From positions 64,790,001 through 64,854,000 of the forward strand of contig OZ260664.1 in NCBI GenBank assembly GCA_965285935.1: DNA of 64,000 nt, in the 5' to 3' direction. The notes under the pieces were generated by a model that saw nothing but the letters and a program-made list of their open reading frames with translations, ran no database searches and was not told the origin of the DNA. The translations under genes and the position numbers were made by a program. The first letter of the stretch is position 1, and every line of letters starts with the position of its first letter. This DNA comes from Ophelia neglecta. Its lineage: Eukaryota. Shown here in pieces: positions 1 to 13,877 of the stretch.

Positions 1-1548
1 TATGAGTGGGTGGGGTTCCTATTTAATTCTAAAGCAGCACACCGGAAAAACAAAATATATGGATTTATAATGGTATTTTATTGAAATAGCAATGTATTTT
101 AATAATACATCTCGTAACAGCTTGGTTGTACAATTGCCAGTATGAGTGCACTTTTATACACTTGGTAGCTGACAGTTTGCCAAACTTCATGACTTCCTTA
201 GATGTAAACAAGCTTACCCTTTATGTGTATATGCTTATTTATAGCAAAATATGACCACAAAATAACCAAGCAATGCTTTTAGAAATAAGACACCAATGGC
301 ACAAAGTTTGGCTGCTTGGCACTTTTAGAACTAGCTAAAAGTGTAAATGTTTAATACTATTGGTAAATTTCCAAAGTATGATTCAAATTATCATATTTCA
401 AGCAATACAAATTAGCTTATGGCTTCTGCTTGACAAAGACAAAGCAAAGTCATGGTCACACTTCACAGGACTTGTATGTGAATTATCGTGACTTTCACAC
501 TTTTAAAGTTATTTGAAATCCAGACAGCAGACGTGGTTCAGGTTTGAGTGGCAATAATCATGAGGCAGACGACATTGCGTGTTGATTATTCTCTAGTTCA
601 CCAGGTGTCTGATATGAAGATTATGAGCCTGACAACTTAACTTCTCTTGTGCCGTGAATACGAACAATAATCACAGGCGCGCGTTGGGAGCATCCCAAGA
701 AAGTTCTGAACAAAGACAATTTCACTCTTCCCTCGCATGACAGCTGACCTATAATGTGCACAGGATAAAGCCGCCAAAACGTTGCCCAAGTGTGGACATT
801 AGCTCAGCATATATCATTTGAACTAACTTATTGATGAAGGACCCTTTATTCAGTAGGGAAGGTGAAAGCCAGCAGGGTATCTTGTGGACTTTTCAAATAG
901 TCCCAAAGGAGTAGTCCACACCTTATTAGCCACTGCCAACATTTATATTTAATCATAGGCTTTACCCACTCCCTGAATTATTGAGGTACAGGACTCACCA
1001 GTGTGACCATGGCCACCCAATAGCCATCACACACAATGACCCATCCTATTGTCTGTGACAGTTTATCTGATGCTTGCCACGAAATCATTTCATTGAGGAA
1101 CAGGCATTACCCTGTAATTTAATGGTAATTACCAACAATATGGAAATTTAATACAAAAGGTTTAGCTATGGCAGAGGGTATTGGTCACATAAAGCCAAAC
1201 CAAATCCACCAAAGTGGGATAACTGGCTATAAAGGTTGGGTCTGTGGTGGGCCTCTTTGGTTTGTGGAGCCCCACAAGGTAACAACACTTTCCATGCATC
1301 TATTATTATTTCATGACCACTGAGGTTGTTTTCTCACAAAATCAAGTTTTTAAATCTAAATAAAGGTCTTTTCCACATTAACAACCACAGGCAAACCAAT
1401 GGCAAATAACATACAGACTACAAAGAATACAATTAAACCAAGAAAGAAAGCATACCCAAAGCACACTGAAGGTGAACAGTACATAGACATAACAAGATAA
1501 AAAAAACTGAAAGTTTATATAATAATCGCTTTTCTCTTATATACTGAC

Positions 1549-1740
1549 CATGTCTGTAAACTGAAGTGGGGACACAAGGTGTCAGGTCGGTGGACTGTGT
1601 ACTGCGTCTAAGATGTTCCAGTTCTGCCAGGGGGTGAGAGACAAACCTTCTATCTGTCAGGGGGTCTCCCAGGCCTCTCTCCAAACGCATTCCAAGGGGC
1701 GTTGGCCGAGGAGGAATCCTCCTGTCATCTGTACGTAGTT
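1549..1740 (-). CDS. Runx: Runx third coding exon (post-Runt region)
   Basis: Strong acceptor tttattttctcttccag|. Phase-1 join to exon 2 gives KLRTDDRRIPPRPTPLGMRLERGLGDPLTDRRFVSHPLAELEHLRRSTQSTDLTPCVPTSVYRH; the LAELEHLRR motif resembles the conserved LSELEQLRR of Runx proteins. Probable donor G|GTCAGT at 1548 (3' boundary less certain). Confidence 0.85.
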
Positions 1741-4700
1741 CTGGAAGAGAAAATAAACATTTATATTGATCACCTAAAAGCTTGATATTTACAGAACTTT
1801 TTATCCATTCTCACATGAAATTTCATTATTTGGAGAGAAAGAGCAAAAACTAGCTAGAATAATATACATTGCACAATTTCAGGCAATGCGTCCTCATAGT
1901 GTAAACTATACAAGTCAAATTAGAATGCAGATTGTACTATTTTTTGGTAAGTGTATTTCTATTTCCTATAGCCAGCTATTATGAATGGGTGTGAGGATAG
2001 AGGACAAACTATGAATAAACAAAATACTTTCATTTGGAAATCCCCAGCGTAAGACACACAGGGGAAGAATATAAAAAAGAATACGAGTACAAGGGTACGC
2101 TTCACTAAGATATAGTAAGAGCATTCCTTGGTGGAAAAAGAAGTGTTTAGTCTTTAATGAGTTGAAATTGAACTCTTAGGGAGAAGGGATGGAATTTGAC
2201 TTGTGCTGGGGTCATGAATGCACTGCAGATCACAGAGGGATGGCTGACACTGGGACAGTGCGGGCAACCAGAGGGGATGGGCACAATAATTGATTCTATA
2301 GTGATGTATTTACAACCGGCTATGAAGACAAATTCCACAGTAATCAGAAGCAATCGCGCACGAGGAGGGACAGGCGCCGGAATGCCACGCTCTCTTCCTC
2401 TCTTCATGTCTTTGTCAAAAGGCCTGCTAAGTGTCTTGCTGGAAAACTCCACCAGCATTCCTTTACACCAGCCCATCTTTGCCGGCAATCACCTTGTTTT
2501 GCTTTCAAACTGTAATGTCAGTTTGGTATTTGACACAATGTGTGCCCTCTGCTCGGATGAGACCATTTCAATTATGCTGCCTGCTATGGTATCAACGACA
2601 GCTTCCGGTGAAAGGGACACACTCCATCACCCCATAATTACCAGGTCAAAAGGGTCGGGACAGTGGTCACACACGTGTGTGACACTAGAGCCAAAGAAGA
2701 GGAGCCGGCAGAGGGGGGGAGGAGGGCGTAAGGGCAGGGATGAGACCCTCTAATCTAATTACCCCTGCTGGCTGGTCTTGAGACATGGGGACCCACCGGC
2801 TAGCTGCCCCTCACACCTCATAAACAACAACTCAACCACCACCTCTGGCAGACCCCTGTGGTTACACAGAATTTCACTTTTCACCACAGAAAGAATGAAA
2901 ATCTGTTACCAATATCATTGGCTAAGATTTCTGTCTGCTATCTGCAAAATACTTCTTGTCAACCATGAAAAGGTTTCTTTTATCTGCAGACGGCATGCTG
3001 TGGCAGTGGAGAATTATGTCTTGTTCAAGACAAAATGGTAGATAATATGAAAATATCAATTACCAAGAAGCCTGATAATAGTCACACCTTATCAAAAACT
3101 GTCTCCTTTATGGGCTTTTAAAGTACATGATATGCTAAGGTGATGCCATATGTTGGCATGGAAAGAAAGGCTATTAGAGGTTTAACAGATGGTTACAACA
3201 GTTATCTTATACTAATCTTTATTAATAATAAGCTTCAGGTTATGGATGAAGTCAGCAAGTGGAAAACTTATCACATGGAAGAGAGAGTTTTAGTAGGACG
3301 ATTAAAGCCTTATTCTATGCTTATTTGGTCAAAAGAGAGCTTAATTGGTGGAGAAACAAAAGTAGTCCAACTGCCCTGACCACATGAAGTCTGGTCTTCC
3401 TATACAATTAAATCATTGAAAACTAATTTAACCATAGTGAACCAGCATGTGGCAAATTTAACACTTATGCTGGCAAGTTGTTCAGAAAAATGACTAATTA
3501 GACGGTGTAGACAGCTAGTCCCCGCTATGTGATCTTTGTACAAGCTTTCTCCCCTCTTTCTGGCACCACCTAGGCTAAACTGGTCTTTCTATAACATACT
3601 TGCGGTCAAAACTACTATCATTAGTATACAGGAAACATGTCGAGGAGCCTGGCTGATGGAGTTACAAATCACAGCACACATGTCAGTGTAATGCGTTAAA
3701 CTTGATACATAATGGTCTAGTAAGTGGTATTTTATGAAAGACACTTGGCAGAATGTGTGGCCACGGTGGCGATTTATTTACTTAGACTTAGGTTGGCGGG
3801 ATGTGAGATTTTCTTTGCCTTTGTGCCTGTATTCCCTCCCTTACAACCTCATTGTGTGAGGGCGGTGTTGATTGTGCCGCACACAGCAACCCTGTCGCCA
3901 CAAAGTCAACCACCATGGGGGCATGCCCCGCCAATATTGTGTCCAAATAAACTGTGGCTCCAGAGTTAAATCGAGTGGTATTTAATTGGTCAGACTGTTT
4001 TATAAAAGTGAAAGGCCTGGACAAAGTTCTTTTACCAAATAAAGCTTATTTTTGGTGAGAATTACTTTAGTCTCGCTGTGCAATTTTGAAGCTAACACTC
4101 CCTTTTTGTTTTGAATTTGCCATATTTGGAGGGTGTCTCCATGGGTAATCTTTCATGATGACACCATCACAGAATTCCATTATATCATGAATGGAACAAA
4201 TTGATTAAAGACTAGGGAGGCAGGCAGAGAGATAGGGCAATGTATGATAATGAGATAACAGTTGGTGCAATTTGCTGAGCTCAGCAACGGCTGCACCTGC
4301 AGAGGCCCTAATTTGAAATCTTGGGCCATTTTGTCTTCTTTCAAAAGACATCACAGATAAGACTCAGGGGGCAGTGTGGGTGATAAATAGACAGAACAAG
4401 TGTGGGCCCTACAGGTAAAATTATTGAAATTTTCCCCTAGGGGATTGGAAGATTTACTGCTTAAGCACTTCAAGTTGAAGAATTGATATTCAGACTTGCA
4501 AACTGTGGCCAGGCCTATCATTATAGTCATTAGGTCCTTCATGACAGGAGTGACCAAAGGCAGTGATGGAGACTTTATCTCTGTATCAGCACAGTGCCTC
4601 TGGGAATAGTGACACATTCAGGCAAACATGGACTTCCGCTGATCTTATCTCTCAGCTGCAATTGACTGCAGATTCATCCCAATGTGACTAAGGTGTAATC

Positions 4701-7700
4701 AATGTTAAATGTGCCGAGTAAATGATCAAATTTCACATGAATCCTTCTAATCACGGGTGTACATTAAGAAGTGTGGGGAGTCGTTAAACACACATACAGG
4801 AGTGGTCGAGGAGTGTTTACAGGGCACATGGAGTTGATATCACTGCCCCCAGCCATGAGGGGGTGGCCAGGGCCTGTGGGAGGGGTAAAAACCTGTAACG
4901 AATAAGTCACAGCAGTCACTGCCTGGGGCGCCTCATTCAGGTGGCTGCAACACCAGAATAATGGGCTTCCAGCGGATGAATTAAACTTCCACTGTTTAGA
5001 TTCACCAATTATCTGCTTTGATGGAAAGATGTTCTAGTGTAATCATTAAGGAGATAAGGATTGCAACTAACATCTTGATTATCTTGATAGCCTTCCAATT
5101 TAATTCAGTAAATATGTGGTCCACTATAAATTTATTCTGCTACGATGTGGTAAGCAATAATGGCCAGCCTATATATGTGAGTGGGTTTTTCCCAAGGCTG
5201 AAGGGCAAATACCTACTCCAAAGTCTAAACAGATTGTTGTAGCTATCACTAGCCATGCACTACAACCATGGCTTTCCACAGATTTCCTGTAGGAAGGGTA
5301 ACTACTTGTAGCCTGATGGTGAAACTTTTACTTTATGAACTCTGGTGTTCAAGGCCTGCACAGCAGTTACTCACCCACCTTAGTCATAACAGGAGGATGA
5401 AAAATGTTCTAAAGCCTATGTCAGGTCTATAAGTGCAATATTAGTCAACCGAATAACACAATCCATTTTTTATAGACCATGGTGCACTATGGTACTTTGA
5501 TAAAGTTCACAATCCCTCAGTTAAGAACATTTGGATATAGTACAAACTGATTAAAGCTCAGAGTGACCACAGATAAGAAAGATTTTGAGGGGGTATACAG
5601 TAACAGTACACTGTTACTGTTTATCCAGCAGATGTAAAAATTAGCCTACTAGTAACTGATCCAATTGGACCCATCCCACTTCCGGGGCAAAGTTGGCCAA
5701 CTATGTCTCAGATCAAATTCGAAATTGCTTAATCAAATATTTACAGTATAAAATCTTTGGACTTTAATTCTTTTTGTTTTAAATAAAAGGCATTAAAACC
5801 AAATTAACAGAGCATGAAAAGAAGCACTTTTACCATGCAACCACTGATATACAATTGTACAGTCTGTCATTAAACAGAAATGAAGTTATCATATCATATG
5901 AGGCTGGCTCTCATTTCACACTGTATCAATTTTCATTTCTTCTGAAAATTGTGATATTAATACATTTGTTTGACAAGCCATATGATCATGAGCAAGTTCT
6001 CATTTCCAAAGAAACAGGAACCTTTTTCCCTCTGCACGCTTGATTGATAATCATATACAGTATTATAAGTCAGTGATGCATTTTGGGAAGAAAACCACCC
6101 GGATTACTATATAATATACAGTATTCAGATAACTCAAAACATTTCTTTCTACAGCATGTATGGTCAGATATTTACTTGATACCATGTCATCACAGGATTT
6201 AAAGCTGCAGAACCTTTATATCCTAGTGTGGGAGTCAGCAATTGACATGCAGGCGTAGAGATCTGTGATATATTTGACAACTAAATAATACGAACTACAT
6301 GCACATTGTATCTAGGGGAAGTGCAATACTTCCTTTTAGAGCATGGAATAAAAGATTTCTCTGCCCACCACATTTTAATGAATAGCACATATCCTTAGAA
6401 TACAATAGTTTGATTTTGACACAAAGCGTAAGAAGTTAATTGGAGGTATCATAAGCTACTGACTCCTCTCCCTACATAATGAATAGCCAGTGGCTCTTAA
6501 TGACTTTTTAATGAGCTTACAAAGGTATTTGCAGGTGCATCAATATAAATCAACTTCTAGTAGCAAAAGGAAAATACGAAGGATGGTGAACTGAAGAATT
6601 TAGGGTATTTATCAGTTGAGTGGTGATACATTCAGGACAACATACATGTAGGCACAACATTGACTGTCTTCAATGGTAAAGAAAAAGAAGTGTGATTTTT
6701 ATAATAGCACTACGGATGCAATACAACAGAACCAATTGTGTGTGCGGAATGCATTACATGACTATATACATTGAGGGAGGTATAAGAAGTACATACTGAA
6801 CGAGTTTTGCTGGTAAGGGGTGAAGGGAGACTTCCTGGGTATATCTCTAAGACTCCACGAGGCTGAGCAAGTGACCAAGCCTACGGAAGGGAATAAAAAT
6901 ATCTTACATATTGTGCAAAATGTATGAATTATTATACATGTATGTGATACAGTTGATAAACTTGAGTGTTATATACATGTATAATTTAGATCTCAGCACC
7001 AAGTGCAAAAACACTGATGCTTGAATATGAGTCTTGACACTTTTAGCAACTAACTGTCTGTGGTTTAGGCATAATGCTAGGGAGCAGGAGATAATATGTG
7101 AAGTATGGTCCCATATAATTGTGCAATCAGAAGCATACAAAGAACCCTCCTAACAATTACGGCATATTTCACCACACTAGTAGTCAATAATGACCCTTCA
7201 ATGAATGTGTGAACTTTTTCACATGGCCAAGGGACCATCTGACATTCATGGTTAAGGAGTGAAGGGGGTGGGATGGGAGGACTTCAAAGGCTAAGGCACA
7301 GTGACAACATAAACACCAGTGAATGACCTTTCATACTCAAACAAAGTATGGACTAACTAGAATAACCACTTCCCTCTCAGTTATTCATTAAGGGTGATTA
7401 CGCTCAGGGTTGTTACTGTTTCTAACTGCCCCTGATGATCATCTTGTCAGTTCCACCCGAGAGAGAGGCTTGGTACAATCGTTTGGGTGGTGCAGGGATG
7501 GTCGCAGTTTGGGTGGTCATAATTAAATTGTTCTGGAGCCAGAGCAAGCCCTGACAATGCCCATGTCATTGGGGTGTTGGTGGACTTTGAAGGTGTGATA
7601 AGTGCGCCATTTACCGACATACCACATCACTCCCATTAATATTAAATGCAACAATTCCAACAGGCTTGACTTTGAAAAGAAAACATTTAGAATGGATTTG

Positions 7701-10700
7701 TTATGAAAATAGCCAATGCTGAAGAGCCTTGTTGGTGTAGTGAAGTAATACTTCCGCTCCCAAAGCCCCACGGAGCCTCTCCAGACACTGTCCACAATAA
7801 AGAGGATTGGTCAGCTACCTGATCAAATATATATAATTGAGCTTTAATGGCTCTAAAGCCCCAAAACACAAAAGGCTTGACAATCCCCTCTGATCTCCAG
7901 TTACACCTTGAATGAACTTAACAGATTGACGATGGAATTATAAACTGTATTCATCTCAATTAGATTCTAGAGATGAACTTGTTCTATGAGAACACCAGAT
8001 AATCAGATGAGAGGTGGATGCTCCACTGAGTGCCAATGGATCTCTCTGTTAGCAGGTCACATGGTATCTCTATTCAAAAGGCAACTTCATCATTTTTCAT
8101 GCAAAAAAAGTGTCATCCTGTATACGTTGATGCCATAAACTGATATTTGTAGCAAAATCATTGCTAGACATGAAATTTAGACATACATGTACACCAACAT
8201 ACATTTGAATCCATTCCAATAATGTTGCAGCATGAAAAAGTTTAATTGCAAAGCAATTTACTTTAAGAAAAAATAACATTGCATGCACTGAACCATGTAC
8301 AGTAGTTTTCACCACTTCTTTATATGTATTGCTTGATCCAATATAATTCATTTGGGTTTTAGGCCAAACCAATAAAAACAAAACCTGTGGTTTCCAGGTA
8401 CTTGCTGGGGAAAAGGTGGTTTGGTTTGAACAGGCATTGATTACAGAAACCCGATTGGTTAACCAGCAATACCAGTCTCAGCATCCAGGGGACAACAAGC
8501 AGGTAATCCAACCACCAGAACCACAGAGCCATCCTAAAGGTGCAGATCAAGCAGGCAAATTACTGATTCAATAGAAGGTCTGAACAGTACACCCTCAGCT
8601 GAAAAAATATGCTGTGGTGAACCTCTTTTACCATGCCAATCTATCCCACAATCCTAGACAAGACTGCATGATTAGCTGTAAGCACTAATAAAAAAAGGGA
8701 ATTAATCAGGATAACAGTTTAACTAGCAATTTGTCATAAATCACATTTATGTGCTGGTAGTGGTCAATGGTATTTTCTTTTACAGCAAAAACGGTGCCAG
8801 CTGCACCTGCAGGCAGTAAACAAATGCAGGGAGGTTGAAATAGCCAGCATTTACAAGCATATATATACCTGTTATGGGTGGGAGAAGCAATCTCCCGACC
8901 ATTGAGTGGTATATTATCCTGTATTGGCTGTGAGAGCTCTGCAGGGCAACAGGTGTGAGACAATGACTGCTTGCTCCACGGAGAGCGTTCAGGACAGGCC
9001 GACTGGGCGAGGATAATCTGTGGACTACTAAACTGTATTATCCAGTAGTACCTGCATTCAGTCATCCTGAGATGTCATTGTCTGATACACAAGTGAGTTT
9101 CTTTCCCCAACTGCCATCAGCATAAATCATCCACCATATAATACTTCATTCAGCAAAGGTACACCAATATCTAGTGTTTACATACGTGAGAGGTTCAGGT
9201 AAAACCTACATGTACATGTATGCCAACACTAGATATTGACTGAGGAGGATGTCATAATTAAGAAATACTATCTTTAATCCTACATACCATACACACTTAA
9301 TGAATATATTGTACCTATAGACAGATAGATTAATAATCAAGTATCAAACATGCCAGGGAAGTATAAAACATTAAATGTATACAGAAATGAAAATATTAAA
9401 CAATCAACAGCAATCTCCCTTGTGTGGTCTCGATTCATAGAGTTCGTTGTGTAGCTTACTACATATAGTATGTACCTAGGCTTGTTTCTAGTATTTACTT
9501 GAAACATTCATCAGTCTAAAGTGGGCAAGCTTTTGGTTATAACTGTGACTGACTATTGAGAACAGGCCCACTCACTACGCCAACTCTCATGAATCTTACC
9601 CTACAATATTAATATAAAGGCTGATCATCCCACAATGATAAATACATATGTCACACGTTTTACTTGTAGGCAAATAAGAAATACTCTATGAATAAAGCAT
9701 GAGTGTGGGCAGCAGTTGTGTGGGGTGGGGGTGTAACCGCTAGCCACAATGTGGTCTTCAATTTCCTTTATTAGAATACAGCGACGAAAGGGCAACAACT
9801 TAGTAAAATGTCAGGGAACAGCGTACACACACGCATAGGTCTGTTATTGTTATATTATTGCTAAAAAAGAGCAGTTTCTTTGTCTGCGTGGATATCCCCT
9901 CGAACACTGACCTAACTGAGGCCACACAATCTTTGTTTTCTTGTCCTAGATGACAATACTCCCATGATATTATCAATCTGCCGCCTTAACCAGTCATTGT
10001 ACTATATATACCGTAAATATATGTTAAAACATATATGGTAATACATTTTTATATCTGTGTGCATGTATTAAAGGTATAGACAATAATTATGATTCTGGTT
10101 TTTTTTATTACATATACTTGACACATGATTACAAACATGTTTACTTCCTGTTACCAATGATGGACATTTGCCAGCCTCAACCCATATTAGTACAATTTCC
10201 ATTAAGGTGCAAACAAAGAAGTCTTGAAATTTGTTTTGCAATTTGTTAATTTGAGTTTGATAGTGTTCATGAATACTATCGCCTGTGAATTAAAATCAAG
10301 ATGCATTTAATTATAAGAATGATCTTCCCATTCATGAAGATAAAGTATAGATGCATCAAGTTCTGATTAAACCTGTACACCAACACGGATTCAGTAAAAA
10401 TTCAAAGGATTCAGAAATGCTTGTTGATATAGAAAAACATTTATATAAATAGGCCAAAGTAAACACAAGCTACGTGACATTGTAAGCAAAACCATTATTT
10501 TCCATGATTATGCCAGAAGTTATGAAATAAATAACAAAGGATAAAATCATTATATGGAAAGAACAAATTATAATTAAACTGTACATTACTGAATGTTATT
10601 ATATGTAGTTTATGTGCATTTCTAGTAGACAATATCAATCAGTCCTCCATTGTCATCAATGAAACATTATTTGTCTTGACTGAGTGTGGTTGTGTAAACA

Positions 10701-12796
10701 TGACATTATACTAGTATTTTGTTTTGTCTAGTATTCTCAGTGTTATTGTTTTAGGTGTCAAGTTGTGAAGCTCAAGGTGAATGACGCAAAATCAGCTTTT
10801 ATCAATCATATGAGGCATGTGTCCTAGTTACATAATATAATCATATAAACAAAAGGTAGAAGTTGATGAGTGGGAGGAAAGAAAGTAAATGTACTTTTAA
10901 AAACCACACATAAACACTGTACATGAAATTGTACTGGCAGTTTAGTACTAGTTTTTTCGATACAGCACTGCAGTCTTTATTGGCATGAACAGCACAATCA
11001 AATGAATAAGGAAGAAGGATGTTATTTGACTTCTAACCAAAAGCAACCACAATGTACTTTTTCCACACTTCACAATCAGTACATTAAATACAATGTCAAC
11101 TTTAAGTTCTTCACGTGTCTTTCTTGCCTGAGGGCTATTTAATCACCTGTATATAAAGAACAATGCGGTTGGCTGTATCAGCTGATTTAAGTGGTTTCTG
11201 CCCACGCAGTAACACACCTGCCTAGCAATGCACTCCATAGCAAGGCTGGTAATCCAACCACATATCTTCAAGGCTTCAAGCCAGTACAAAAAGCTTGACC
11301 TGACAGATATCAAACTATAACAAAACACACATTGATCTCACCTCTTATGGTGAAAGTGAAACCACAGGTATTGGCAACTGTCAAGCAGCCCAGTAAATTA
11401 TGTACACCTGATTGCTAGAACAATGAACCAATAAAGATAATCACCTGTTGAGGTGATGGGGAATTCCACCCCTTAATAATAGGTTCACGAACTCTGGACA
11501 TATTAGACTGGACAAGTGTGACAATCATTTATGAAGACCACACAGACAAGGAAGCAACAGGGTTAACTCCAAACAAATTAATTTAATTATCTTAAACTCA
11601 CTTTATAGCATTCACATAATTTGACATTTGCAATAAACACTTTTTCTCTTCCACCTCCCTCCCTTGGCTTTGATCCTCACTTATCTCTGGGATACTGAAT
11701 CCATAGAGCAATTCACAGCAATTGTACTGGTCAAGCATTCTTGACAATTGTGCCAATTTTCTCCCAATTGCTTTAGTGGTTTTTCCGTATGAAGCCATTG
11801 GTACGAAGAAAAATGCCAAGTATGTACCAGGGTTGCTATGATCTTGACCAGTTCTCTTGCCATAACACTAAATGTTCAGCTAATTTGAGTTGTTTGGGGA
11901 TAATGATTGGTGATATAACAACAAATGTAATATCATGGCATGTTGCCTGCATACCTGTGGTGACTTAGCAGATCCCTGACCATACAATATTGTCTGTGCT
12001 TGCCCCTAGTCCAAGAATTTCACACTCTGTTCATTACATAAGTGAAGTGTGCGTGGGCGGCTGGGCAGCGTGTGGTGGGTGCAAGCAAGCGGCAACAAGG
12101 CACCAGACTACAGTGGTCAGCAAACAGTAACTGATGACCACCCAGGAGAGAGAATGTAGCCTTATAACAACAATCTAAATCTTATCATATTCCAACTGGT
12201 GTTTGTAAATTTGGTAAGTTTCAACCAATTCCTGCACTGCACGAGGGAGGGATCAACTCAACACTGGTTATCATCTGTGGCTGTATCAGCAGGTTACCAG
12301 TATGGTGCCACCACCCACTCCTCTGTTCAGATAGGGTGGCCTCTAATAATCAGTTTAATCCAAACATCATCTTCCCCCCATGAATACAGAAGCAACTTGG
12401 ATAATAACTACTTAACTGTGCCCCTATAAAACAATAGAGACCAAAGCAGGGATAGGAAGGAGTGTTAGAGGAAATAAAAAGGCAATAGGAATTATGAAAG
12501 TACAATGATTTCAGTTATCAGGTCAACTGAAGAAGAACACAAAAACCTGAAACTGTGCCTCAACTGGTTTTGAACAGTTGTTTGATTCAAGCAAGGTTTT
12601 CTAGATTTGAAACCATTCAGCCTTAGTAGGCACAAACCACAAAAAAATCTATACACTACTATGTTCTCACATTTTGTAGATGAGATTATTTGTCAGAATT
12701 TCCTAATACTTTTAGTGCCAAATACTACAAGGCAGCACAACTTAAGCTTTAAAATCTCATTTAGTTCCAATATTGATTGCTGATCTTTTATCCAAC

Positions 12797-12828
12797 CTGG
12801 GACACAAGAAATATTTCTTGTGTCCCAG
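12797..12828. repeat. Perfect 32-bp palindrome
   Basis: CTGGGACACAAGAAATATTTCTTGTGTCCCAG equals its own reverse complement. Confidence 0.95.
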
Positions 12829-13129
12829 ATCCAACAGACAAGTTTGTCACAAAATGTCGGCAAATATACAAGTACCAGTTTTCAAAGAAGATTAGCAGGC
12901 ATTGAAGTCTATTTCAATATATAGCCTATCCTCCTGAAAGATTTCAAGTTATACATGCTTTCAAATAAATATTAACCGGTGCTTTTTACATGATAACCCT
13001 TAGTCTGTATGGTTTCAGTTAATAAAGGCTAGGGCACAAGGGTTGGACAGGTCAGATCTCTTTCTGCCCTGGGAGAAGTGCCCCTGCTGAGATGAGAGTC
13101 AGCCGTTTTGTACATCTTTGCAACATTTT

Positions 13130-13877
13130 TTATCCCACACTACTCAGAGAGTAGTGTGAGGATTTACGAAGTGCCGAAAAGCTAAGAAGCTAAGAAAGCG
13201 GAACCGGAAATTGGCAAATCCCTCAGGCTAAATGGTAACGTGGTAAGAGGAAAATCATCAAATGTAGCTGGCCATGTGCAAAAAGGCATATACATATGGA
13301 CAGGGTATGGGTTGTAGTTGTGCATATTACCAGGTGAGCTGGAATTTTAAACGAATTCTGGCTGAAAACGGAACGATTTTGTGAGCTCGATAATGACGTC
13401 ATTCCAAACGAGGAATGCCCGTAGAGACAAAGGCGCTTCCTGGGTGCGCAGTCGATAGCTTGAAACACACGTGTACCGCTGGGTCAAGGGGTCAAGGTCC
13501 AGCTTCGCCAAACTTTTTATCGTTCCGCTGGCTAGACTGGTCGGATGTTAATCTTTAATATGTCAGACTTGTTTGTTGAAATAATTTGCTTTTGTATTAA
13601 AAGATGAAATACTCAACCATGAAACATTTTACGTGTTAATTTGAAACATGAATGATGATGCTGTCTGAATGAAATTCGCGAACTATTTTCTTTGGCCCCA
13701 TCAACACCACAGTTGCTCAGGGTTATCAGGTTCACGTTCATTAGCCAGAAGAAGAAAAAGGTCGACGTACCCAGCTGGTACTACTCGTGCATTTTCCCAC
13801 ACTGTCTGTTACACATTGTTTCTAGCCCTAATGAAAGTGTGGGATCCTTAGGGGGCTATGCCTCCAGATGTCTTGTT
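13130..13877 (+). mobile_element. Helentron-associated non-autonomous element (HINE/DINE-1-like)
   Basis: T-run, then 5' sub-terminal repeat ATCCCACACT within hairpin CACACTACTC-AGA-GAGTAGTGTG; matching 3' sub-TIR AGTGTGGGAT at 13836-13845; short 3' hairpin GGGGGC-TAT-GCCTCC; ends TCTTGTT. CpG-rich relative to the flanks. Confidence 0.72.

Noticed and set aside
1433-1548. Hydrophobic C-terminal tail of the 85-aa ORF (would imply a membrane-anchored Runx)
   Set aside because: Lies after the G|GTCAGT donor in AT-rich sequence and lacks VWRPY; best read as intron read-through.
2147-2753. 185-aa (+) and 113-aa (-) ORFs, the longest non-Runx ORFs
   Set aside because: No recognisable domain; the + ORF starts at a TTG; no convincing splice sites linking them to Runx. 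Explained by local GC richness.
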